Shown in pieces: positions 1-9,594 of a stretch of DNA of 64,000 bases. Origin of the DNA: a bacterium (GTDB lineage Bacteria > Fidelibacterota > Fidelibacteria > Fidelibacterales > Fidelibacteraceae); the NCBI GenBank assembly GCA_963676395.1, contig OY781066.1:2112001-2176000 (forward strand), read 5' to 3'. Made by a program: the position numbers and the translations under genes. The first letter of the stretch is position 1; each line of letters starts with the position of its first letter. The notes beneath the pieces were generated by a model. It searched no databases, was not told the origin of the DNA, and saw only the letters and a program-made list of their open reading frames with translations.

Positions 1-1
1 T

Positions 2-172
2 GTAGCGTTTAGAGCAGTTACTTCATTGGATGGTATGACAGCCGATTGGGCTCATGTACCTTATGAGGTGTTGGCTAAGATCTCAAATCGGATCATTAAC
101 GAGGTAAAAGGAATTAATCGCGTTGTTTACGATATATCTTCCAAGCCCCCTGCAACCATTGAATGGGAATAA
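2..172 (+). CDS. guaA: GMP synthase, C-terminal fragment (runs off window start)
   Basis: Frame 2 translates [56 protein letters not shown], the canonical GuaA C-terminus; not in the ORF track. Confidence 0.97.
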   Translation, partial: VAFRAVTSLDGMTADWAHVPYEVLAKISNRIINEVKGINRVVYDISSKPPATIEWE

Positions 173-394
173 TTAAGTTTAGATACAAGGGATAAATCCT
201 GAATTTCATCTAATTTTAATTTTATCTGATGATTGGAATTTGCTTTTTGTCTCTTTATCTTTATATTCTACGGCTTATTTATGTACTCGGGTTGGGAAAA
301 AGGAACTTGATCTAATACTTAAAGCGAAGTTAAAAGTATTGCACGTTTGGTAGTGCATAAAATATTCTTGTAATAATAAATATGGGAAGCTGAT

Positions 395-1741
395 ATGGGA
401 AGTACACCAACAATTGAATCTCGTCGTTTAATTACTTTTGATCTGATGAAGGGTTATGCTGTGATCGGCCTTTTATTTTTGCACGGTCTTATTCATGGCA
501 CCTGGCATTCTGCCGATACTGCATTATCAATTTTACCAGTATGGCTACTTGTGATATTGGCTCCTTTGATCATTGCTGCAACCTGGGGTGGAGGATTTGC
601 ACTTCTAAGTGGCTTTGTAAATATGTTCAATGCCTTAAATAAAATGAGTAAGGGGTATAAAAGAAAAGATGCTTTAGTACCGATTATATTAAATTCTATC
701 ATCATTATTTTATTGGATCCTGTTCGCTGTTATTTTTTAGTCGTGCCTTGGAAAAGATTATTTTCGGGAAATACGGGATATTCGTTGATTAATAATTTAA
801 TTGTGAATTCAAAATTGGAGTTTCCTCCATTTGAACAGATTATTTCACCGGGTGCTTTACCTATGATAGGAATTGCAGGTTTATTATGTGCATTATTTAT
901 AAGCATTTATTTTGACAAAGATGGTAAATCCAGAGGGCATTCGCATTTACATATTATATTGCTGAGTATTGGGCTGCTTGTTTTTCTTTTTGGAGAACCA
1001 ATTAGTCACGCAATGTATACTTTAGAAAAAGATATGTTCTTTAGAGGTGGAATACTTAGAATCTTAGCATATCCCCTTGTAATGATTGGAGGAGATATCT
1101 TGTCTTTCCTTCCTAGTGGTGGTTATGCATTTCTTGGTATGAGTTTTGCATTGATTTATTTGCAAGATGATTCAAAGTCAAAAATTAAGAAATATTCTCG
1201 TATTATATCAGCTGTAAGCGGTCTCATATTTTTGATATTTATCTCAATTATGGTCCAACAATCCGGTGATGTGAGCACTGTGATCAGTAAATTATTTGAT
1301 TATCGTGTTCCAACTCGGGCACTTACCTTTTTTAATGCTACCATTATTACAATTATACTGTCAGCTTTGTTAAGGCACTATGAATATGATACTGCTGATA
1401 TTTATAAGGCAAAAGCTCGGAAAACGGTATGGGTTCGTCGCTGGGGTATGATGACACTGACATTGTATATGCTTGATCCCATTTTCAATTCAGCTTTCTC
1501 CCAATTATTTCATATGTGGTTTGGTGATCCTTCATTAAAAGTTGATGCTTTCATGACAAATGTACCGGCAATCTTTCTGTTTGCGGCAACAATTATTTGT
1601 TTTTGGTTTAGCTTGATCTGGGCATGGGAAAAAATTGCTTTTAAGGGTAGTTTGGAGTCTCTTATTGTTTGGTTCGGTGGTCTCTTTCGCAAGAATAAGT
1701 CGCAGCGCTTGAATGTGAAAAAAAATCTCTATTTGGAATAA
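395..1741 (+). CDS. Multi-pass membrane protein, DUF1624/DUF418-like (HGSNAT/acyltransferase-like superfamily)
   Basis: N-terminal RRLITFDLMKG...H motif, about 10 hydrophobic helices, C-terminal WGMMTLTLY...KGSLE motif. Confidence 0.6.
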   Translation: MGSTPTIESRRLITFDLMKGYAVIGLLFLHGLIHGTWHSADTALSILPVWLLVILAPLIIAATWGGGFALLSGFVNMFNALNKMSKGYKRKDALVPIILNSIIIILLDPVRCYFLVVPWKRLFSGNTGYSLINNLIVNSKLEFPPFEQIISPGALPMIGIAGLLCALFISIYFDKDGKSRGHSHLHIILLSIGLLVFLFGEPISHAMYTLEKDMFFRGGILRILAYPLVMIGGDILSFLPSGGYAFLGMSFALIYLQDDSKSKIKKYSRIISAVSGLIFLIFISIMVQQSGDVSTVISKLFDYRVPTRALTFFNATIITIILSALLRHYEYDTADIYKAKARKTVWVRRWGMMTLTLYMLDPIFNSAFSQLFHMWFGDPSLKVDAFMTNVPAIFLFAATIICFWFSLIWAWEKIAFKGSLESLIVWFGGLFRKNKSQRLNVKKNLYLE

Positions 1742-1958
1742 ATGAACATTTTTAATCTATCGACCTATTCACGATTAGGGGATGTTGTTTACGTTGATTA
1801 TGTGAGCCTTAAATAGCTGTATATAATCGTATAATATTTCCCCGAAAAATTGTGGTAGGGTTTTACATTTGGGCAAGGTGTCGCAGGATTATTGTTTACT
1901 CTCATATCTTTTTCATTATTCTTTTATTTTGATTATAATTTTAATCTCAATACTTATC

Positions 1959-1987
1959 TTGGTCTTACTCGCATGACATCGTATATT
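1959..1987 (+). promoter_or_regulatory. Putative housekeeping promoter TTGGTC-N17-TATATT for add
   Basis: Matches a motif recurring upstream of several genes in this window. Confidence 0.45.
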
Positions 1988-2028
1988 TAAAGATTAAAGA
2001 AAAATATTTGAAAAGAGAGGAGTCTGCG

Positions 2029-3072
2029 ATGAGTGTAGACCAAAAAGTAAGAGAGAAGATCTTAGCATTTCCCAAAATCGATTTGCATTGCCACCTGGAT
2101 GGCTCAGTCCGTCCCGAAACAATTGTTGAACTTGCCAATGAGCAAGGTGTAAAATTGCCTTATGATTCATTGAAAGCTATGAATAAATATTTACACTGTG
2201 ATAATGCAACATCATTACCCGATTATTTAAAACGCTTTGACGTGACACTTTCCGTTATGCAGGATGAGGCTTCTGTTGAGCGTGTTACCTATGAATTATG
2301 TGAAGATGCCGCCAAAGAGAATATACGTTGGCTTGAAATACGGTATTCACCTATCTTGCATACTCAAAAAGGAATGCGCAATGTTGATAATCTGGAAGCG
2401 GTAATACGCGGTATGAAACGTGCTGAACGTGATTTTGGTATTATGGGAGGGGCGATCGTTTGCGGTATGCGCTCTTTTGATCCTAAAATATCGGTTGAAC
2501 TGGCAGAGTTGGCCGTTGCATATAAAAATAGGGGAGTTGTCGGCTTTGATCTTGCAGGCCCCGAAGAAAACTATCCCGCAAAGGATCATGAAGAAGCTTT
2601 TAGGTTAGTATTGAAAAACAATATTAATATTACGATCCATGCCGGTGAAGCTTATGGTCCCGAAAGCATCCATCAAGCTGTCCACTATTGCGGTGCCCAT
2701 CGTATCGGTCACGGTACACACCTAAAAGAAGATGGGGATCTGATGAATTATATTAATGATCACCGTATATGCCTTGAAATATGTTTAACTTCAAATCTGC
2801 AAACTAAATCGGTGCCTTCGCTTGAAGAACACCCATTTAAATTTTATCGTGATTATGGATTACGTTTAAGTTTGAATACAGATAACAGATTGATGTCTAA
2901 TACCTCTGTTACCGACGAATTATGTTTGGCTTATGATGCATTCGATCTTTCTATGGATGACATAAAGAGTATCATTATTGATGGTTTTAAATCAGCTTTT
3001 ATTCATCATCGTGATCGCAAAATGCTTGTACAGGAAGTCGCAATGGAATTAGATAAGTTTGTGAGAATATAG
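2029..3072 (+). CDS. add: Adenosine deaminase
   Basis: DLHCHLDGS, GFDLAGPE, HAGE, RIGHG and NTDN motifs; ATG at 2029 follows a GAGGAG SD. Confidence 0.92.
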   Translation: MSVDQKVREKILAFPKIDLHCHLDGSVRPETIVELANEQGVKLPYDSLKAMNKYLHCDNATSLPDYLKRFDVTLSVMQDEASVERVTYELCEDAAKENIRWLEIRYSPILHTQKGMRNVDNLEAVIRGMKRAERDFGIMGGAIVCGMRSFDPKISVELAELAVAYKNRGVVGFDLAGPEENYPAKDHEEAFRLVLKNNINITIHAGEAYGPESIHQAVHYCGAHRIGHGTHLKEDGDLMNYINDHRICLEICLTSNLQTKSVPSLEEHPFKFYRDYGLRLSLNTDNRLMSNTSVTDELCLAYDAFDLSMDDIKSIIIDGFKSAFIHHRDRKMLVQEVAMELDKFVRI

Positions 3073-3117
3073 TCAACAGCCAACAGTCTTTAGCTCCATA
3101 GCCGATAGCTGACAGCT
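3072..3117. repeat. Degenerate heptamer tandem tract
   Basis: gtcaaca gccaaca gtcttta gctccata gccgata gctgaca. Confidence 0.55.
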
Positions 3118-3122
3118 TAATT

Positions 3123-3596
3123 ATGCAAGAAATCGAACGAAAATTTCTGATAAAAAAACCTTCGACAGTTCTAAGTCTGCCTTCGGTTCATGTTATCCAA
3201 GGTTATTTATTGTATGCCGATGATGGAACGGCTAGAGTGCGTATTATCGACGGGAAGTCAGCAGTTCTTTCAATAAAAAAAGATATCACTCAACTCACTC
3301 GTTGGGAGTTTGAGTATGATATTCCCGTTAAAGATGCCCGTACCATGATCGAGCAATGCTGCAATGGCAAAGTGGTGGAAAAACGACGTTGTTTCCCCGT
3401 GGTGGGGGGCAAAACATGGGATGTGGATATCTTTCTTGGTAAAAATTTAGGACTGATCATTGCTGAGATAGAACTTGATAGTGAAGATGAGGTATTCGAT
3501 AAGCCGGAGTGGCTGGGTGAGGAAGTTACGGGTGACTTAAGGTACTATAATGCGTATTTGGCTAAGAAACCCTTTCAAGAACAACCGAATGAGTGA
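3123..3596 (+). CDS. CYTH domain protein (triphosphate tunnel metalloenzyme)
   Basis: EIERKFL start, QGYL, RVR, EFEY, AEIEL, WLGEEVTGD.RYYN. Confidence 0.92.
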   Translation: MQEIERKFLIKKPSTVLSLPSVHVIQGYLLYADDGTARVRIIDGKSAVLSIKKDITQLTRWEFEYDIPVKDARTMIEQCCNGKVVEKRRCFPVVGGKTWDVDIFLGKNLGLIIAEIELDSEDEVFDKPEWLGEEVTGDLRYYNAYLAKKPFQEQPNE

Positions 3597-3643
3597 ATGG
3601 ACCAATGTTGATATAGAAAGTAGGATTCTGAAATAATAGTAAT

Positions 3644-3699
3644 TTTCCACTTTCCACTCACTACTTACCACTCACTACTTACTACTTACTATTTACCAT
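3644..3699. repeat. Eight-unit heptamer tandem repeat (TYWCYAY)
   Basis: tttccac tttccac tcactac ttaccac tcactac ttactac ttactat ttaccat. Confidence 0.8.
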
Positions 3700-3793
3700 C
3701 TCTTAATCATTCTGATCTTTTTCTTTGTTTTTTAAATATCACCTCAACCTTAATTCTTGATATGTAATCTTAATCATATTCCTTAAATGTCTC

Positions 3794-3821
3794 TTGTTTC
3801 TTAAATAAAAAATGTTATATT
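3794..3821 (+). promoter_or_regulatory. Putative promoter TTGTTT-N16-TATATT (TGn-extended) for ackA
   Basis: Same motif class as other upstream regions. Confidence 0.45.
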
Positions 3822-3857
3822 TCGGCGACTGAGATGACTCACACAATCGGAGGAAAA

Positions 3858-5060
3858 ATGAAAGTCTTGATCATCAATTCAGGTAGTTCATCCGTAAAGT
3901 ATCAGGTTATTGATACAGCTACACAGGATTATCTTGCAAAAGGTTTGGTTGAAAAGATCAATCTTGAGGGTTCTCGTGTAAAGCATCAAAATAAAGGTGC
4001 TGACAAGATAACCATTGAGAAACCGATCGAAGACCACGATGTTGCCATTGATTTGGTATTATCACTATTAGTCGACGAAAAAGACGGTGTTCTTGATAGT
4101 TTTGAAGACCTTGACGCCGTAGGCCATCGTATTGTACACGGTGGAGAAAAATTTAATTCATCTGTAAAAATTACTGATGAAGTTATGACTGTTCTTGAAG
4201 AATGTACACCCTTAGCTCCTTTACATAACCCTGCAAATATCGCCGGTATTCTTGCTGCAAAAGCTAAGCTTCCCAATACACCCATGGTAGGTGTTTTTGA
4301 TACGGCATTTCATTCTACAATGCCCGATTATGCTTATATGTATGCGCTTCCAAAAGAATATTATGAAAAGTATGCCATTCGTCGTTATGGCTTTCATGGC
4401 ACATCTCATTATTTTGTATCTCGTCGTTTTGCCGAACTGGTTGATAAACCGGTTGAAGAGCTTAACCTGATCTCATGTCATATTGGTAACGGAGCTTCAG
4501 TTTGCGCTATTCAAGGTGGAAAATCAATTGATACATCAATGGGATATACACCACTAGAAGGTCTTATGATGGGGACTCGTTCCGGTGATGTGGATGGTGG
4601 CGCCGTTTTAAAGATTGCAGAATACGAAGATATGTCTATCAACGATATGAACATGATGCTAAATAAAAAAAGTGGTATCATGGGCATATATGAAAAATCA
4701 TCAGATCTTCGTGATATTGAAGATGGTGTTGCTGCCGGTGATGAAGTTGCAACATTGGCATTTAATATGTTCAATTATCGTATAAGAAAATATATTGGTG
4801 CTTATGCTGCTGCATTAGGTCATGTAGATGGTATTATTTTTACCGGCGGTGTCGGTGAAAATGGTCCGTTGACTCGCGAACCCGTATGCGGTAACCTGGA
4901 ATGCATGGGCTGCTATATCGATGATGAAAAAAATGATGCCGTTATTCGCGGAAAAGAAGGTTTTATTTCAACCGATGATTCACGCGTGAAAGTTGCTGTT
5001 ATTCCTACAAATGAGGAATTGGTTATCGCTTTGGAAACTGAAGCGATCGTCAACAACTGA
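3858..5060 (+). CDS. ackA: Acetate kinase
   Basis: INSGSSSVK, GHRIVHGG, PLHNP, FDTAFH, YGFHGTSH, FTGGVGEN, PTNEE; GGAGG SD before ATG 3858. Confidence 0.97.
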   Translation: MKVLIINSGSSSVKYQVIDTATQDYLAKGLVEKINLEGSRVKHQNKGADKITIEKPIEDHDVAIDLVLSLLVDEKDGVLDSFEDLDAVGHRIVHGGEKFNSSVKITDEVMTVLEECTPLAPLHNPANIAGILAAKAKLPNTPMVGVFDTAFHSTMPDYAYMYALPKEYYEKYAIRRYGFHGTSHYFVSRRFAELVDKPVEELNLISCHIGNGASVCAIQGGKSIDTSMGYTPLEGLMMGTRSGDVDGGAVLKIAEYEDMSINDMNMMLNKKSGIMGIYEKSSDLRDIEDGVAAGDEVATLAFNMFNYRIRKYIGAYAAALGHVDGIIFTGGVGENGPLTREPVCGNLECMGCYIDDEKNDAVIRGKEGFISTDDSRVKVAVIPTNEELVIALETEAIVNN

Positions 5061-5081
5061 AGGTCATAAATAAATGTTGAT

Positions 5082-5106
5082 AAGATACACTCATTGAGTG
5101 TATCTT
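5082..5106. other. 11-bp perfect hairpin between ackA and prfB, no U-tract
   Basis: aagatacactc-att-gagtgtatctt. Confidence 0.5.
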
Positions 5107-5126
5107 GTCGTATTAGGAGCTTTTTT

Positions 5127-6224
5127 ATGCAAACACCCGAACAACTCAAAGATACTTTTGAAAAAACTCTCAAGAAATTTGAGGAAGTGGCAGCTTATAC
5201 CGACTTAGATGAGAAAAATGCCAAAATTCTTGAATTGCGCAAAAAAACACTAGAGCCAAATTTTTGGAATGATAATTTATCAGCACAAAAGGTAACAAAA
5301 GAGATCTCAGGACTGGAATTTGAGGTTAAACGCTGGAAAGAATTGAATCTTTTGAAAGAAGATATCGACTTGCAGTGGATGCTAATGGAAGAAGACGCTG
5401 TAGATATGGAAGAATTATCTGAATTGGTGAATAAATTCGAACAACGTATCAATGATCTTGAGATAGAAAAACTGCTTTCGGGTGAGCAGGATAAAAATAA
5501 TGCCATTTTGGTAATTCATCCCGGAGCGGGTGGTACAGAATCCCACGATTGGGCTTCTATGCTTTACCGTATGTATACTCGTTGGATGGAACGACGTGGT
5601 TATGAATACTCTGTAATGAATTATCAGCCCGGTGATGAAGCCGGTATTAAGGAAGCTGTAATTGAGGTAAAAGGTCCTTATGCTTACGGTTACCTTAAAG
5701 CCGAGATCGGTGTACATCGTTTGGTGAGAATATCACCCTTTAATGCTCAAGGTAAACGCCAAACCTCCTTTGCTTCAGTTTTTGTATATCCCGAAGTGGA
5801 TGATGATATCGAAATTGAAATTAATCCTTCGGATATCCGAATTGATACCTTTCGCGCCAGCGGAGCGGGGGGACAGCATGTGAATAAAACAGACTCAGCG
5901 ATCCGCATTACGCATATTCCTACAAACATTGTGGTTTCCTGCCAGAATGAACGTTCTCAGCACAAAAATAAAGAATCTGCCATGAAAGTGCTGAAATCAC
6001 GACTCTATGAAGAAGAAGTTAAAAAACAACAAGCTGAAAAAGCCGAGTTAGATAAAACTAAAACAGACATCGGTTGGGGTTCACAGATACGATCCTATGT
6101 GTTTCAGCCATATACCCTTGTTAAAGATACACGCACAGCTTACGAATCCGGAAACCTTCAACATGTGATGGATGGAGATATCGACGGGTTTATTCAGGCT
6201 TATCTGAAGTGGGTGATTTCTTAA
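5127..6224 (+). CDS. prfB: Peptide chain release factor 2, no programmed frameshift
   Basis: SPF tripeptide, GAGGQHVN, WGSQIRSYV; uninterrupted reading frame; AGGAG SD before ATG 5127. Confidence 0.97.
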   Translation: MQTPEQLKDTFEKTLKKFEEVAAYTDLDEKNAKILELRKKTLEPNFWNDNLSAQKVTKEISGLEFEVKRWKELNLLKEDIDLQWMLMEEDAVDMEELSELVNKFEQRINDLEIEKLLSGEQDKNNAILVIHPGAGGTESHDWASMLYRMYTRWMERRGYEYSVMNYQPGDEAGIKEAVIEVKGPYAYGYLKAEIGVHRLVRISPFNAQGKRQTSFASVFVYPEVDDDIEIEINPSDIRIDTFRASGAGGQHVNKTDSAIRITHIPTNIVVSCQNERSQHKNKESAMKVLKSRLYEEEVKKQQAEKAELDKTKTDIGWGSQIRSYVFQPYTLVKDTRTAYESGNLQHVMDGDIDGFIQAYLKWVIS

Positions 6225-6233
6225 ATCATTCCA

Positions 6234-6263
6234 TGTAAGGAACGGTCGTGACCGTTCCTTACA
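6234..6263. repeat. REP-like palindrome
   Basis: tgtaaggaacggtc-gt-gaccgttccttaca, 14-bp perfect arms with GTAA...TTAC ends. Confidence 0.75.
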
Positions 6264-6381
6264 CATTCAATGTTTCATTTATTGCATTTAACTATCTTAT
6301 TTCGTAAAATTCAAAATCACGGAACATATTTGCTTTTTGTGCAATATAACAAAGGTTTTCTAATCTAATTCGGGGTAAGTA

Positions 6382-7371
6382 ATGAAAAAGAATATCGTTT
6401 CCTCAGTCCTTTTATTATTGGTCTTATTATTAGCAACATCATGTTTGTTTGGACCTGATATCGTCGTAAATAAAACCATAAAGATCAAAGTGGGGGAAAA
6501 ACTCTACGCAGAAGATGATGTATGGGTTCAGCTAGACAGTATTACTCTTGATACTCGGAATTATTTAACAAATACTCACGGTCGAGTTGTAATGAAATTT
6601 ACAATTGGTCAGGATAGCTCAGGTGGTGAATATTGGAGAGAACAACACACTTTTGTTAGTGATACGCTAAGTAGTCGTACATTTAGTTCCTATTGGCAGC
6701 CACCTGTTCTCGGTGGTAAATCTTATGTTATGACAGTTACGGGTATAGAACCGCAGAGAGTTGGTGAAGTAGATATTCCACAAGCTGATTACAGTATTTC
6801 TTTTGTTCTCGAAGAGGGTTTTTTTGCTGAAAAGCCCAATATTTATCTCTATCCCAAACGCAAAACTAAAATGAATGTCTCTTTAAACTTTCCACAGGGA
6901 GGCAGAGTCGTGAAATCCGATCCTAGCTATCCACAAGAATGGCAAAAGATTTCGGTAAAACCGAATGGCTTAATCGACGGGAAACACGATTTCTTGTTCT
7001 ATGAAGCATCCTTACCTGTGAAATGGCAGTACGATGAGGGTTGGTCCGTTCCCCGGACAAATTTAGAGTCCTTTTTTATTAAAAATTTAAAAGCCTACGG
7101 TTTTAACGATGCCGAGATCCTCGATTTTGTGGAATATTGGATACCTAGACTGACCGAATATCCCTTTTACAATATTTATCCTCAGCATACTCAAAAGATC
7201 AACGAGGTGGTTTCTTTAAATATAAGCAAGAGACCTAAATCTGTTCTGAGAATGTTCTATGTGATCGAACCGACAATGTCAATGCGTGCAAAAGATATTC
7301 CTGCACCTATGATACCGACTTTCGAAAGAAAAGGATTTACGGTCACAGAGTGGGGAGTTGTATTTAAATAA
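6382..7371 (+). CDS. Lipoprotein with C-terminal KPxIYLYP...EWG domain (paralog 1)
   Basis: Lipobox LATSC; EKPNIYLYP...FVEYWIPRL...GFTVTEWG. Confidence 0.8.
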   Translation: MKKNIVSSVLLLLVLLLATSCLFGPDIVVNKTIKIKVGEKLYAEDDVWVQLDSITLDTRNYLTNTHGRVVMKFTIGQDSSGGEYWREQHTFVSDTLSSRTFSSYWQPPVLGGKSYVMTVTGIEPQRVGEVDIPQADYSISFVLEEGFFAEKPNIYLYPKRKTKMNVSLNFPQGGRVVKSDPSYPQEWQKISVKPNGLIDGKHDFLFYEASLPVKWQYDEGWSVPRTNLESFFIKNLKAYGFNDAEILDFVEYWIPRLTEYPFYNIYPQHTQKINEVVSLNISKRPKSVLRMFYVIEPTMSMRAKDIPAPMIPTFERKGFTVTEWGVVFK

Positions 7372-7392
7372 GAAAATTTTAAATAATGCAAA

Positions 7393-7432
7393 TGTAAAGA
7401 ACGATGGCCCCGACGCTTCGGGGTTCCTTACA
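7393..7432. repeat. REP-like palindrome with inserted inner hairpin
   Basis: tgtaaagaac...gttccttaca outer arms related to 6234-6263; inner ccccga-cgct-tcgggg. Confidence 0.6.
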
Positions 7433-7452
7433 AAGAGATAAAGGAATAAACC

Positions 7453-8451
7453 ATGAAACGCATCCTAGCCTTTATATTAACAATTATAATCGTCACTTTC
7501 ATTTTTTCGGGATGTAAAAATCCACCTATTGATACGTATGATGATTTTGATTTTTTGGATACTGTCATCATAGCGGTTGGTGATACTTTGTATGAAAATG
7601 AAAATTATTGGGTGACAGTAGATAGTATTATTGAAGATAGTCGTTGTCTATCAGGAGTAGATTGCGTTACTGCCGGACGAGCAATTGTTAGATTTACAAT
7701 GCCAACACTTTCATTTTATAATGGAGGTGTAATGACGATAGATGTTGCTACTGATACTCTTTCGGAAAGGTACATCTATTTACCTCTGCTTGAGGGTAGT
7801 ACAGAAGGTGAATTCAAACTATTGGATGTATTACCTTATCCGGTTCAGGGAGAAGTTATTTTACAAAAAGATTATATGGTAAAAATTTTAATTGATCATA
7901 CTGTGATCATCGATCGCAAGCCCAATCTCTATCTTTACCCCGAAAAGAAAACCAAAATGACCGTTTCCATGGATTTTCCACATGGTGGGGAAGTGGTAGA
8001 ATCTGATCCTGCTTATCCAAATGAATGGAAAAATATTAAAGTAAAACCCAATGGAAAGATCAACAAAAAGCATGATTATCTCTATTACGAATGTGAAATA
8101 CCGGATATTTGGCAGTATAGCGAGGGTTGGGTGGTTAAGCAGGAAGAGTTAACTGAATTTTTTACACAAAATCTCAATGATTATGGTTTTAATGAAGCTG
8201 AAATTGAAGATTTTATTGAATTTTGGATACCTAAGTTGATTCATGCCCCTAATTATAAAATTTTCCCCCAATATACCGAAATGGTTAATCGTGTTATTAA
8301 ATTATGGATTTCACCCAGACCTGAATCTCTCATGCGTTTACACTATGTGATTGTGCCATCGGACGATGTTTCTGATTTGCCTGTTCCCGAAATACCCAAA
8401 TATGAACCGCAAGGCTTTACGGCTAGGGAATGGGGAGTTATTTTGAAATAA
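7453..8451 (+). CDS. Lipoprotein with KPxxYLYP...EWG domain (paralog 2)
   Basis: Lipobox FSGC; EDSRCLSGVDCVTAG; RKPNLYLYP...GFTAREWG. Confidence 0.8.
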   Translation: MKRILAFILTIIIVTFIFSGCKNPPIDTYDDFDFLDTVIIAVGDTLYENENYWVTVDSIIEDSRCLSGVDCVTAGRAIVRFTMPTLSFYNGGVMTIDVATDTLSERYIYLPLLEGSTEGEFKLLDVLPYPVQGEVILQKDYMVKILIDHTVIIDRKPNLYLYPEKKTKMTVSMDFPHGGEVVESDPAYPNEWKNIKVKPNGKINKKHDYLYYECEIPDIWQYSEGWVVKQEELTEFFTQNLNDYGFNEAEIEDFIEFWIPKLIHAPNYKIFPQYTEMVNRVIKLWISPRPESLMRLHYVIVPSDDVSDLPVPEIPKYEPQGFTAREWGVILK

Positions 8452-8516
8452 AATGTTATGCTAAGGGCAACTCTAGGGGCACTCGTACATATTTATTTAA
8501 ATTGAAGGAACAAACA

Positions 8517-9509
8517 ATGAAAAAACTTCTCCCAAGCCTCTTCGCCATCACGCTGATCGTGGTGATATTTAGTGGGTGTAAACCACTTCTCCCATTAGAT
8601 AAAGACCAATTTGAATTGGGCGACACAGTTCAGGTTAAAGTTGGTGAAACAGTATATGAAAATGAAGATCTTTGGATACGATTAGATAGAATAATTCATG
8701 ATGACCGTTGTTGTCTGGTTTGTGACTGTGTAATTCCAGGTGGAGTAAAAGGAGAATTTAGCATTGGATTTGGAGATTCGACTATTACAGGTATATTTCA
8801 AACTGATTCTATGTCATGGATACCTATTAGGCTTCCGGGTGGTGATATTTTTGCTGATTATTATAACCTTGTTGTTATTGATGTCCAACCTGGACGAAGT
8901 ACTCCCACTACTGTCATACCTCAAAAGGATTATGTCATTAGTTTTGTACTTGAAGGCGGTATGTCGGTCGATAAACCCAACATCTACATCTATCCTACCA
9001 AGAAAACTCGAATGACGGTGTCACTTGATTTACCTGAGGGTGGTAAAGTCACCGAATCTATTCCAGAATATCCCAAAAAATGGAAAAATATCCGCGTGAA
9101 ACCCGATGGTACCATTAATCGCAAGTTTGACTATTTATTTTATGAAGCGGATCTACCCGGAGATTGGCAAAAAGAAGAAGGTTGGTGTGTTGCCCGGAAA
9201 GATCTTGAATTTTTCTTTATGTTGAATTTGCGTGATTACGGGTTTAACAAAAAAGAGATCGCTGATTTTATAGAATGGTGGATACCACGCTTGAAAGATA
9301 AACCGTATTATAAGATTTATCCTCAACATACAGCTAAGATAAACGAAATCGTTCCCCTTAAGATCAACAAAAAAGTCGATTCGCTTCTGCGACTATTTTA
9401 TTTTATTGAAGGTTCTGATTATAAATGGCACATGAAAGAACCCCTTGTACCCGAATTTAAACGCGATGGATTTGTTGTGACGGAATGGGGCGTGTCGCTT
9501 ATTGATTAA
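8517..9509 (+). CDS. Lipoprotein with KPxIYxYP...EWG domain (paralog 3)
   Basis: ATG 8517 after AAGGA; lipobox FSGC; DDRCCLVCDCVIPG; DKPNIYIYP...GFVVTEWG. Confidence 0.8.
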   Translation: MKKLLPSLFAITLIVVIFSGCKPLLPLDKDQFELGDTVQVKVGETVYENEDLWIRLDRIIHDDRCCLVCDCVIPGGVKGEFSIGFGDSTITGIFQTDSMSWIPIRLPGGDIFADYYNLVVIDVQPGRSTPTTVIPQKDYVISFVLEGGMSVDKPNIYIYPTKKTRMTVSLDLPEGGKVTESIPEYPKKWKNIRVKPDGTINRKFDYLFYEADLPGDWQKEEGWCVARKDLEFFFMLNLRDYGFNKKEIADFIEWWIPRLKDKPYYKIYPQHTAKINEIVPLKINKKVDSLLRLFYFIEGSDYKWHMKEPLVPEFKRDGFVVTEWGVSLID

Positions 9510-9566
9510 TGAGCTCAGGAGATATGTAGCAGCGCTACCGTTTATCATAATATGAAAAAATCTCTG

Positions 9567-9594
9567 AAAGGAACGGTTTAGGCCGTTCCTTTTA
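9567..9594 (+). terminator. Hairpin plus T-run after the lipoprotein array, with REP-related core
   Basis: aaaggaacggtt-ta-ggccgttcctttt; shares GGAACGG/CCGTTCC with 6234-6263. Confidence 0.6.

Noticed and set aside
172..2028. Integrative element at the guaA 3' end
   Set aside because: No integrase and no duplicated guaA end (att site) seen
1742..2028. Purine riboswitch upstream of add
   Set aside because: No recognisable purine aptamer core, and the putative promoter lies only about 40 nt from the start
8430..8516. ORF-track start of the third lipoprotein
   Set aside because: Overlaps the previous gene and precedes the signal peptide; ATG 8517 fits better
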